A stretch of DNA of 64,000 nt, taken from NCBI GenBank assembly GCA_013265495.1, contig MU058781.1:8661009-8725008 (forward strand). Direction: 5' to 3'. The notes below the pieces were generated by a model. The model saw only the letters and a list, made by a program, of their open reading frames with translations. It searched no databases and had not been told where the DNA came from. How positions within the stretch are numbered: position 1 is the first letter of the stretch; each line of letters begins with the position of its first letter. This document shows, one piece after another, positions 24,341 through 36,180 of the stretch. The position numbers and the translations under genes were made by a program. The stretch comes from Vicugna vicugna. Its lineage: Eukaryota.

Positions 24341-25159
24341 AGTATTGATTTTGGAGATTTTTTAAAGTAGAAGGGATATCAGCTTATGACCTATTCTTAC
24401 TTGCCTTGCTGTCTTCCTCTTGGGTTACAATCTTTGCTTTTTTCATTTTCGTTCTAAACTCTAGCCACGCTGAGTCTGCTTAGTGGGCTTCTCCTGTCTT
24501 AATCCTGCTCACCCCTCAGGAATTGCTTTGGTTCCCTGAAAAGCACTCCTGGATTACTCAGACTTATTTTATTACCTTTCCTCTGTGTTCGCATGGCATG
24601 CTGGGAAATCTCCCTTAGTCACTGGTGTCTAGGGCAGGCGCTGTTACTTGACTTTGTATTCCATGGACCTGAGCATAGTATCCAGCACATGGTAGAGATT
24701 CATTAAAAGTGGTTTGTTTCACTGTTAAAATAATAAAGCAGAAAATTTGGAGTAGATCTTCTTAATACTAGCATGTCCTTTGTGTGGGTTGTCATTATGC
24801 CATTTTTTTCTTGAAGCTCTGTGTGAAGAAACATATTTTAATGAAACTTCAGTTTATATCTCAAAATGTGTTGTGTTTATGTTGATAGGCTTTCTTAACA
24901 GAACTCCAGGCAGTTTATTTAAATGTAATATTATTTCTTCATTACAATTGGAGGACAGGAGAGTGATAATTTCATACTTCATTGTAACACAAAACATTAA
25001 TATGGAATTTTTTATATTATCTCCAAATGCATTAATTAAAGAAAACCTTCATTTGTGCGCTTCAAAAATGTGTTATGTTGACTTAGGCAGAAGGGTACGT
25101 AAAAATTAATGTTTCTTCTCCATATAAATTGCTTGTCTAACAGTTTGTTTTCTTTATAG

Positions 25160-25208
25160 GTTCAACAGATAGATCGAGTGGTAGAAGTTGTGGAGGAAAC
25201 AATTAAAG
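25160..25208 (+). CDS. CDKAL1: CDKAL1 internal coding exon (49 nt; about exon 7)
   Basis: Branch-like CTAAC 25137-25141, tract tttgttttctttatAG, donor GTaatt (25209). Translates VQQIDRVVEVVEETIK(G), in phase with both neighbouring exons. Too short for the ORF track. Confidence 0.97.
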
Positions 25209-25418
25209 GTAATTGGGGAAAGTGAAATAAGCACATGTATATATTGTTTGAACTATATTATAAAAATACTGCTTAGTTAATACTTGTGAAGGGTTTTTGT
25301 TAAAGTTATTTTTAGACAAAATCATAAAATTTTGTCCTGACTGCTTTGTGCATTGACCAGTCCAAATATAGGAGGCGTATATTTGGTTAGCTTATATATA
25401 AATCAGATCATAGTCTTT

Positions 25419-25577
25419 TTTTTTTAATTTAATTAAAAAATTTTTTCTTTGCAGGGGAGAGGTAATTAGGTTTATTTATTTATTTATTTCAATCGAGGTA
25501 CTGGGGATTGAACCCAAGACCTCGTGCATGCTAATAAGCACACCACGCACTGTACCACTGAGTTATACCCTCCTCCC
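25419..25577 (-). mobile_element. tRNA-derived SINE resembling camelid Vic-1
   Basis: Reverse strand reads GGGAGGAGGGTATAACTCAGTGGTA (A box)...GGGTTCAATCCCC (B box)...AAATAAATAAACCTAATTACCTC, then an A tail. TSD cagatcatagtcttt 25404-25418 / caggtcatagtcttt 25577-25591. Confidence 0.88.
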
Positions 25578-25841
25578 AGGTCATAGTCTTTAAAAATTAA
25601 AAAAAAATTTTTTTTTTAGTATAAAATAGATTTAAGTTGAATCTCAGGTCAGGAAGGCAGAGTTTAGTCAACTTTAAAATAAGGAAATGATTTTATTTGC
25701 ATTCTTTTGCAGTTTTATTAAGATATAACTGACATTATTTGCATGTTTTATATCACATAATTAGTTGTACTTATCCTTTGTAAGTACTTTTAAAAGGAGT
25801 ATTCAACTTTGATGCCTCTTCTATGTATAATTTTTGTAGTT

Positions 25842-25920
25842 AGAGAAAATGGATAGTTATATGAGAAAACATGATAGTTGTATGAGAAAAAATATAATTA
25901 TAGGAGAACATAGAATTATG
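25842..25920. repeat. About 21-bp degenerate tandem repeat, 3-4 copies
   Basis: gagaaaatggatagttatat gagaaaacatgatagttgtat gagaaaaaatataattatag gagaacatagaattatg. Confidence 0.7.
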
Positions 25921-27384
25921 CTGTACTTGTTTCATTAACTAGTGTTCAATAAGAATCTGAAATGAGAATCTGTGAAGTCATTAAGAAACATTTTAAATTC
26001 TGTGTATCAAGTTTTAAATATGTATAGTCTACTTTTCCTCTGTTAGTGCAAGATTAGTGCAAGTCAAAACTGACAATATGAACAACCTAGAAGAGGCATC
26101 AAAATTGAATACTGCTTTTAAAAGTACTTAGAAAGGATAACTGCAGCTAATTATGTGACATAAAACATGCAAACAACCAGAGAAGTCATGGTATAGTGTA
26201 AATGTAGTGTCAAACATAGGAGCACAGGCATCGGAGTTAGTTTGCATGGATTCAAATTCCAACTCTGCCTTAATGCTTGTTCAGTTGGGCTTCTTGAAGC
26301 AGAGCTTCAGGGTTGCTTCAGAATGTTGTTTCCTGTCTTGAGTACCAGATGTATACTGGCCACTAAATATTTTTTTTAAATTAATGACAGTGAAGACAAT
26401 ACAGGAGAAAATCTAGGTGATGGTGGGTATGATGATGACTTCATAGGTGTAACACCAACACGAGTGAGCCATAATGTAAACTATGAACTTGAGAGATCTG
26501 CACCAGGAACTGGGGATGGTGAGCAAATATGTATTTCTTATTATATCACAATATCGCAAAAGGCCTGTCACCTCCAGTTTGGGTTAATTAGGGATAGCTT
26601 CTCACTGAAGACCTTTGCTTGAGTAGATTTATTGGAGAGACTGCAATCGGATTTAATTGTGATAGTCTGTCTACTGCAAGAGATGAGTTGAAGATGAAGT
26701 TGGTTTCAGGGTGGGAAGGCTGACAAATTGCGTCTTAGTAATACAACAAGATAATTTTAGAGATGGAAGAAGTAATTTTGGTACATGGCCATAATTTGAC
26801 CGAAGAGAGGGTTAAGTGACTCATCTGAGATCTCCTAGTTGCTGGTGATCTGGGCCTGTCAGTGAAACTTCCATTCTTCACTTCCTGTTTCTGTTGCTAA
26901 TAGAAGTTAGTTGAGTGTCACAAGGGCCACATTGTTTCTCTGCTTCTTGGTTGTCTTTCAGTAAATTGCTTTTCTCAGGCTCAGTTTTCTCAGTGTAAAT
27001 TGGAGAGGATTAAATGAAAAAGACTTTTGAGATACTTGGGATATACTGGGCAGAAATTCATGTGAATGTTGATTTCTTACTACCTCCTTAATACCTAGAC
27101 TACTGGGATAAAATAACTAACCTTTTTTATCAGTGACCCTCCTTTCAATCAGTGTATACATGGCTGTCATTTTCTGGGATTATTTTGCTTTCCTGCCTGT
27201 GTACCTTCCCTCATTGCCTGTTATTTACCAGATTAATTTGTGACTTCCAACGCATTCTACCATTTTCACCTTTTCTTCTGTTAGTTCCATATGTACACCT
27301 TTTCCTCCAGCCAGTTGTGCTGTTTGATGTTCCTTGTATATTACTTGCAGTTTGCTTTACATTCATTTTAGGATACTGCACTGA

Positions 27385-27830
27385 AGTGGCTAAGTTCTGT
27401 CTGCCCCCCCAGATCCATTCTCTACCCGTCTGTGTGTCCATGGGGCCCCCCACCCCCGATCTGTGTGATTGCGTCAGTAGGATCCTTGCTACCTGGCGCC
27501 TAGTTGGATTTCTCCACTTAGAGGTTGGAAGTGTGGCTGAAGTGTGAGATAGGAGGGTTCACTCCCCTCTGTCGCTCCCTGTTTCCCTGCTCATCCTGAA
27601 TGGGTTGCTTCCCTAACCTGAATGTCACAGCTCCTGTCAGGGGACCCTCTCTATTCTTCTGTTTCTCCAGGCTCCTCTCCTTTGCCTTTTCAAGCCTGGG
27701 GTGGAAACAGCACCCCCTTGTTGCTGGCCTGGGGCTACTGCATTGTCTCTTGTTGGTTTTCCTAACCTTGCCAAACTTCAGTAAATAGTCAATTCAGTTA
27801 TGCAGTGTGCCATCTGCTTTGCTGGGCTCC
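27385..27830. mobile_element. ERVL LTR (LTR33-like)
   Basis: tctgtctgccccccagatccattctctaccc...cttgctacctggcgcctagttggattt...ctggcctggggctactgcattgtctcttgttggttttcctaaccttgcc. Confidence 0.6.
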
Positions 27831-30800
27831 TTATTGAGAAATGCTCCATGGAGAAAAAGTTCTGCCCAGAAGGGCCAGGTGGAATACAGCCTGACCAGAG
27901 GGTTTTGCGTTGCCTTGTTTCCACATTTGATTCCTGTTGGGCTTTCTTCGTATGTCTTCCTTGAAGGAGGCTTGGACATACAGCCTCTGCTGCAGCCTGT
28001 TTGCATTCTTATGTTATACCAAGTAACGTAATGTGTTAATAAGATACATTGGTGATAAAAACATTTAAATGATAAAAACATTGGTGTAATTTACAATAAA
28101 ACCATCAAAACATATTCCATTTGTATCTGTCTTGGTTGGAGCAAAATGGAAAATTTAAGTTTTTCTGAATGAGTTCTTATTCTTTCACTAGTGGCCTGAA
28201 TATTCCATCCATTTGTAGCATTTGTTTTTAGGAGAGACCCTATTATAATGACTTTAGGATTTTTTTTTATCATCTTGATAATTCAAGATTTGTAACTAAA
28301 TCCAAGGAAAGAAGTATAGTGTTGAAAGACTTTACAATTATTTCTTTATTTTAAAAATACTCATATACTCCTTAGTCTTGGTTTGTATGGTCATTAAGCC
28401 CCCCCCCCCTTTTTTTCAGTCCTGAGTGAAATCTCTGAAGGGAATATAAATTGGGCTATTTATTCTGATATATGTACATGAAGTCCTTTAAACAAACAAA
28501 CAAAAAAAACCTTAAAAATTTTTTTGTCTTTGTAAGACAGTCTAAGCAGATAAGTAAGACCAATGGTTGGTCTTACTTATACTTATATTGTGTATTGAAA
28601 ATAGAAAAATGTTTTCGCTATTAAGTCCTATTCTTCTCTAGTCAGTCTCTAATAAAGGAGGCCTCTGCTGTTTTAATATGTTAGCTGGTATTTCATTTTG
28701 TCTAATTTCAAATGCCTGCAGTGTTGTTAATTCAAGGCTTTCCCAATATGGTACAATCTGCATGTTTGATTTTTCATTTCCCCTAACTTCTCAGTAATTG
28801 ATGTGATCTTGGATTAGGCTGACCTAAATTCCCAAGATACTTCACCAAATAGCTCTTTGTTATTTAATGATTGCTATTAATCTTCACTCTGTCAGAATTG
28901 TACTTTGCATTTGATACTAATTTAGAATATAAACTCTATAGATTGAGACTGTGAGGCGCAACTGTATCAAGTGTGGTTTTATTAGTTTTAATGACTTTAG
29001 TGACCTCCCTGCGAAGTCCAGTAGTGATTTACTTGAGGATGTTTCCGAACTTAATGAGTAAGTGAATAGAGCTTAGATATGTAGCATTGTTCACCTGGAC
29101 ACTGTTGGACCACAGAAACACATCTGCTTTTTCAGTATTTGCTTTTCAATAAAATAATTATATTGATTTTCAGAATATGTTTTGAAAGGGTGCTCTTACA
29201 CGTCCTCTCATCATCTGTAATCTCTTACCTGTTACTGTGGTCTAAATATCATGGAAAAAGTTATGCGTTGGTTTTACACATTGGAAACGCTTCCCAGTCT
29301 CACTAGTGTAGAGCAGTGATAACTTCTGCTTTCCCATAACTAAAAGGGCCAGAAATTTATTGCTGTTATGTAGCTTTTTACAATGAGCCTGTTTTAAGTT
29401 TATGTACCTGATTAATACGGGATGACAGTTTGGTAAACACTGCATGTTGCCACCTTCTTAAATGTGTCACTTTATGCCCTTTTCAGTCCCCTTTCCTGTC
29501 TTCCCCCTCTGGTTCCTCCAAATAACCGTAGTCCTCTAGCTTTACGTGTCCCCTGTACTTTTTATATACATTATTTCTAGAACAACTTTCTTTTTATTGT
29601 ATCTCTTCCAGATAGCATTTTTCAAATCATAATAGCCTTAGAAATGAGAACAGAGTTCTTCATGATCCCGTATAGCAAAGTTCTACCATGTGACTTTAAG
29701 TTGGTTTTTCACATCAATTTAGTCTGTAATGGCTGGTTTGGAATTACAGTTGCAAAGGACTGTTTATTAGACAAACCACTGTGTCATGTCTTGTCTGTAT
29801 TTCTATAACTTTGTAACTGTATTAGGTAAATTATCATTCCTGTTTCTAGCCGCAGAAATGCTCAGCAGTGCCGGTATTAATTTATTTGCCACAAAATAGC
29901 CAATAGATGCTCTTGAAAGAGTCTTCTTTAAATATTGTAAATAGTCATGTTAAGTAACTTTAAGTTTGTCTAATATTTTTCTGTCTTAAAGCTTTGAAAA
30001 CTCAGATAAGTGCTGAAGTGTGTCCCCAGGTGAATTCTGCTGTGTTGGCTTCAGAATTGTGTTATATGTTTTAGTTGGTTTGAAATTTAATTACACTGCT
30101 TTTGTGTGTTCAGCACTTACATTTCCTTTTCTATTCAAAGATGTGTTATCTTATGGTTTGCAACCACCTTTTATTATTAATGGAATTTACTGATATGAAG
30201 ACTTGGGTATTTCATTAATTTTGATTTTTTTGTTGTTGTTCCTGGGTAAAAGTGGAGGGTGCATGGTGCTGAATAGTTTGTTAGGTTGATGATCCAGTTG
30301 TAGTTTTCACACAACACTGTTACAGTGGTTCACTGGATTTGATTGTTCAGAACAAGGAAAGGAAATTACTTAAGTCTGAACCTCTCAGGCTTCCCACGAC
30401 CTAGCCCTGTGTTAGTGATCCCACTGATCTGTTTGGTAAAGTAGCCCCATCCTTCCTTGTTTGAATATTAATGAGGACTTGCCCACTGTGAAAATTGGGC
30501 TTGCATGTTAACTCTTTGCAAATCTTGATTTGATATTGCCTTGACAGATGGCACGCAAGTGAGACTACAAGTATTGTTGAGTTCTCTAAAAGTGCATTCT
30601 TGTAGTCTAGACTTCTGTGAAAATTGTTACTGTTAAAACTGTCTATCAGGTTTAAACGTTAATCATGTCTATATATTAGTAATTTTATTTCAGGTTTTTG
30701 ATACTCTCAGATACAAGATTCTAGTTTCTATGTACCCTAATTGGATTTATTTAGTAAAAAATGCCGCATGGAGCAATTAGTCTTGTTTTGAGGCTCTTGT

Positions 30801-33800
30801 AAGAAACATGAAAATTAGTAGAATTTTTTAAAGACTTCAATATGCTTAAGTTCTTCCTTTCTTGTAACTTTCTTCTTAGAGAATTGGCATGTGGTTCAGT
30901 GCTGTTATACTCTGCATGCATCTATGTGTTTTATTATATATCTGGAAGAGTTTTCCTCTTCATTTAAAGAATCTACTATTTTTGTTTAGTAAAATGTAGT
31001 GAGAATAGTTGGGACTATAAACTTTGAGAAAATAATCTTAGCTGCTTTGTTACGTTTTTAAAATAGAGGATGAAGTTGTAGGTTTATTGTGGTATTTTCA
31101 GTTCAGCTATTCTTATTTAACACAATAGTAAATTGTATTGTATGGATAATTCTTCTTTAGTTCTTTATAGCTGAGTTCCATAAAAATAGTGGGTTCTTGA
31201 GTACTTTATAGTTGGGTTCCTTAAAAATAAAGTGGAAACCAGGTCCTGTTAGGAGTGTACTATCTAAAATTGCAATAGCAAATTAAAATAGGCATAAAAA
31301 TTATGATCATTTTTGAAAAAAATACTGAAATGCAAATACATTATTGCCAGTAAAATCCTATATTATATCACAGCCAAGTGAAAAAACTAGCAACATAGAG
31401 CAGTTTGATGGCTCAGATGTAACTAGACGAGAAATTTAAATCTGATTTTCTCTTTTTCTTGAAAATGTTGACTATTTGAAGAATTTACTTAAGCAACTTG
31501 TAGGATGTCATTAGTTAGGTGATGCCATTGACCTTTCCTTAGAAAACCTAATGTTGTTAGCAGTTGATACGCTGAAAGAATGCTCAGTTGATACTAAAGT
31601 TTTGTATCTTAACGTTCCGAGATGCGTGTCTTTTACAAGTTCATTCTGTAGCACTCTACAAAGAATGCAGCAGATATGTAGCAGTTACTTCTGAGACTGG
31701 GAGAATAAATATGAATTTCATTCACTTCTTACTTTGAGGGTCGGGGAAACTTATTTGCAGAATCTCCAGTTAGGATATCAAAGATGGATGGATTTTTAAA
31801 AGTAGAAGTTCATCAGTACTACCGTTTTATAATGAAGCGTACATTTTATTGAGTAATAAAGAAATAGTAATTGAAATGTCTTTATAAAAGATGGTTTCTA
31901 ACACATTAAACCTTTATGGTAACTCTGCAAATTCAAATGTACCATTTCTTTAAGCTGCACAGAAGGCTGACTGTGATGGGTAAAAATCGTGGACTGAGAA
32001 TATGGGGAACTGTGTTGAAATACTACTTGGTTCTACTGCTGACTGTCATGTTTAACAACCCACCCAACCTCACTGATTTTCCGTTTCCTGGTTTGTGAAT
32101 TGTATGACATGGAAGGTCCTTTCAGCTCTGAAATTCTAGGAGTGTTGGAGTCTGCAAAGTAAAAGTGAATTTCAGAGCCTGTCATTAGAATGAGATGTTG
32201 ACATTTTGGACAGTGATCTCTAGCAAAAGTTATTATAATGTGACTAGTTTTTTCTCAACACCCTAATCTCCATGTGCCAGATTTTACTTTTTCTTTCTTG
32301 GTGCCTCCCTACTTACAAAATGAAGTTGAAGATGTTGGTGACATATCATGCAGTTTTCCTTCATACGTCTCTGTATTCTCCAGTGAGGAGGGTCTTGAAT
32401 AAAGCACAGTTCTCAGACTCCTTTGCCTTTACTCCACCCCGTGGTAATGCTGCCCTGGGTGCTGATTTGATAGGCAGCGTACTTCCCAATGTTGCCTAAG
32501 AATCTGGTGCTTCTCTGAAGCAATTTTCATTTTTACCTTGGAGCATGCTTGAGACAGGCAGTTTTCGTCTTGGTTGGTGACTGAGATTGCTGGGGGGCAG
32601 TGATTCTCAAGGGTGTTTGCTGGGAGAGGATTCCTAGCCAGGGTGGGAAGATGGCAGGGTGGTTTACCAGACCCTGGGGGTTGGAGATTCTGCCATGTGG
32701 CCCCTCACCTAGAATCACTGCATTGTGAGCCCGTTACAGCAGTACGGATCATATCACTCATATGTCCTGGGGGTGGGAACACAGCCATGGCTCTCCAGGT
32801 GCTTAGACTTACCCAGGATCATCCTGGGACACTGCTTACACCTTCTTTCTCCTCCCTCATGTTCGAGAAATTGGAGCAGAATGCAAGTGAGTAATTTAAT
32901 AGGCGTGACCTTGAATCTACTTTAACATATATTTAAAAAATCATTCGCAAATCTGATTACCATTATCAATGCAATTATTTGTGACCTATTTCCTAGCTCT
33001 CCAGAGGTTTAAAAATAAATGGGATCTGACTTTAACTTGGAGTGTTGGAAAATTTAAAAAATCTCCTTGCCTTCTTGCTTTTGAGAAACTTCATTAGCAC
33101 TATAGGTCTTGATAGGATTACAGTTGCATTAATTATAGTAGCATCTGTAATTAACTTCTGTCTCGCTCTTTGTAGCTTACCCTTTCGTGTACATTAATTC
33201 ATTTGTACTCCGCAGGAACCCTGGCATTGCTGATTACACAGCTAGGCAGCCGTGCCCTGTAATTTGAAACCTAGTCATCTAATCTCAAATTCTTTACTTG
33301 CTGTTAAGCTGCTTACCTTGAATGCGGGGAAGTGAGAAAGTGAGACCCGTGTATTGTTACCTCCATCCCTCGTGCCTGTTGATTAAGGTCACGGCTCACC
33401 CATTTCTAGTTCCCTGAAATATGAAATATCCTGACTTACACGTTTTCTTCCTGCACATTTCTTGTTTCCTCCTGGATCTCTTTCTTCCTCTCCTCCTTCT
33501 CAGTTTTACTTCCTGTTTTATTTTGTGCCCACAGGAAAAAAAATTCTTTATAAGTTGTTAATAAAGATTTGTTTCATTTTTAAAAATTCTGCAAAGAATA
33601 TTTTAGTCTTACCGTGCTATACTAGTGCTTAATTTAGGAAAGGAGTGAGTAAAAGTGTTCCTTAACCGTAAGGAAACCAGTAAAAAGGTAATTTAATCAA
33701 TAAAAAGCTAAAGAGATTCTGCAGAGAATGTTGTGTGTTTTTTAAGGGTAATTTTGGAAGGTTTTGAAGTGAAATAGACTTTATACAGGTTTTTACTGTC

Positions 33801-34128
33801 ATGATTAGGTCAAGAAAATCCATAGTTTTTCTAGGATATCCCTGGGTTTTTAAATTCTAGTTTTGTGTTTAGGCCAGGTAAGCACTGAAGCTGTAACAGG
33901 GAAGATTTCAGTGTAGATAACTTTGAGTCTTTAACATTTCATACTCAGCATTAATTATAACTTCTTAAAATCAAGTTTTAAAAATAGTATTTGACCAGTC
34001 TTTTGATGAGAGTAAGAAGGCATCTCAAGCTCGCATAATTTCCACCTCATAAACTATGTTTAGAAACATTTGATTTTGAAGGTGTGGTTTTTTTTTTCAC
34101 AGTGGGCCTCCTTGAGGTCAAATCTTTT

Positions 34129-34284
34129 TTTTTTTTAAATTGAGTTATAGTCAGTTTACAATGTTGTGTCAAACTCCAGTGTAGAGCAGTTTCTCAGTTA
34201 TACAGGAACATACATATATTCATTGTCACATTTTTTTTCGCTGTGAGCTACCACAAGATCTTGTATATATTTCCCTGTGCTAAT
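34129..34284 (-). mobile_element. Short young L1 3' tail (about 155 bp) with TSD
   Basis: Poly(T) followed by ttgagttatagtcagtttacaatgttgtgtcaaactccagtgtagagc...ctgtgagctaccacaagatc, closely matching 8390-8506. TSD aaatctttt at 34120-34128 and 34285-34293. Confidence 0.9.
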
Positions 34285-35585
34285 AAATCTTTTCGGTGGA
34301 ATCTGGTTTTAACGATAAGCGGTTTTAAGAAGTGGACAATGACCAGCAAGCAGGAATTGTAGCAAAGAACTATGCTTGCTGTGTTAGTAGTATTGTGTCC
34401 AAGTGTCCAGTGAAATCTAGATGGTCATGTTCATAAACTGTATCTTGCTCAGCCTCCCACACTGTAGTGTCACCTCTCTTTGAAGCCTTTCCTCTTCTTT
34501 TCTGGGAAAGTTGACCACTCTCTCATGGTGTCCCACTGTCCCTAGAAACACTAATCAGACCATCTCTGACACTTCATCCCAGTTGTCTGTTCACAAGTTT
34601 GTTTTCCTCAACACCTTAAATCTCTTTAAATCAGTGTGGTAACTCAAGACAGAATAGATTTTGTGTGTGTGTGGGGTGTATCTGGAGAGTCATTATGTTG
34701 TATTTAAATATTGATAAAATAATATTTCATACATACTTCATCTTTTAAGCTCATCTATAGGATGTTGGAACTTTTGAGTTATGCATTTGCATTGTTGTGT
34801 TGTGATATGAAATGTACATCTTCTTTTTCTCTACATGTCTACAGTTATTTCATTGTCCCCATGTCTATAAAGGGCAGTGATAATGGCTGTCACAAGGGGT
34901 GGAGGAGCAAGAGTGTGAATTTAAAGCCAGTACATAAGCACCAGATGCCCCCTTCCCTGACTTCTTCTCTTTTAGATTGCCTTTCTGCTGCCCACAGCTC
35001 AGGTGTGTGTACCTCTGTTTGGAGATGGATAGACAGGCATTTTTAAGATCTATAGATGGGACAGCTCTCCATCTCTCTCTGCTTCCCACCTCTCCTCTGT
35101 CACACTTTATAATGACTTGAACAACAGCAGGAGGAACTTGACATATTCATTCATGATGGGAGGTAGGAATTTGAGCTTCAGTTTCTAAAAGTTAAATGTG
35201 ACTCACAAGTTCCTTGTTCTTGTATTTTACTGTTCTCATTTTCTGGGAGCTTGAATGCCAGCTATTGTAAGGACTGTTATCTCTGTTTCCATCACCTGGT
35301 GCAGTTTAATGTTGGGAATACAGTTTGGAGTCTGAGCGGTGATGAAACTCTTGCACTGCTGCCATGGATGCTTTACTTGCCGACATTGCAGCACTGAGTA
35401 GCTTTATTGGTGGAAACATTAAAGCCTTGCGGCTACTGAAATTTAGAATTCAGGAGATCCCACTGCAGCAAGACAGCCAATGAACTGAGTTCTTTTAAGG
35501 GTCAGTTCTTATGTGGAGTTACTGACAGGGGAGTGCTTTGACTGTTGAATGCCTTGACGTACACTTTGATATTTTAAAATACTAC

Positions 35586-35783
35586 TTTTTATTGAACTGT
35601 AGTTGATTTACAGTGTTAGTTTCAGGTGTACAGCAAAGCGATTCGGTTATACATATACGTATGTATACACGTATGTTTTCAGAATCTTTTCCTTTATTGA
35701 TTATTACAAGGTATTGAATATAGTTTCCTGTGCTTCATAGTAGGTCCCTGTTTTTTGTTCATTTTATATATAGTAGGGTGTAC
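35586..35783 (-). mobile_element. L1 3' tail (cetartiodactyl-type)
   Basis: tttttattgaactgtagttgatttacagtgttagtttcaggtgtacagcaaagcgattcggttatacat...tattgaatatagtttcctgtgc...gtaggtcc. Confidence 0.85.
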
Positions 35784-36146
35784 AATTGATTTAGATTGTG
35801 AAAAATAAGTTGGCACCACACAAATGTCCTCTTACTATTATAAAAGGTATATTTGCTTGCAAAAGATGTAATTAAAACCTAAAATTAAATGCTTCTGGTA
35901 ATTGGCTTCCAGAAGGTGTCTCCATTAATGTAAGAAGACATCTTGCTTATGAGGATTATTCCTTATGTGTATTCTTTGTTTAGTATGATTACCAACACTG
36001 CTGTGCAAATAGAAGAAAAAATTGCCTCAGAACATTCCATTCCAACGTATTTTCATCCTTTTATCTTCCATAGTTCTGGATCATGCATACATTTCAGATC
36101 ATTTTAATTATAGTGTAGATACTTTTTATTGTGCAGCAAGAGTTTT

Positions 36147-36180
36147 TTTTTAACTTTTTTTTATTGAGTAATAGTCATTT
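36147..36180 (-). mobile_element. Minimal L1 insertion (about 20 nt of 3' terminus plus poly(A)) with perfect 13-bp TSD
   Basis: cagcaagagtttt at 36134-36146 and 36181-36193 flank T-runs plus attgagtaatagtcattt; compare ttgagttatagtcagttt at about 34140. Confidence 0.8.
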
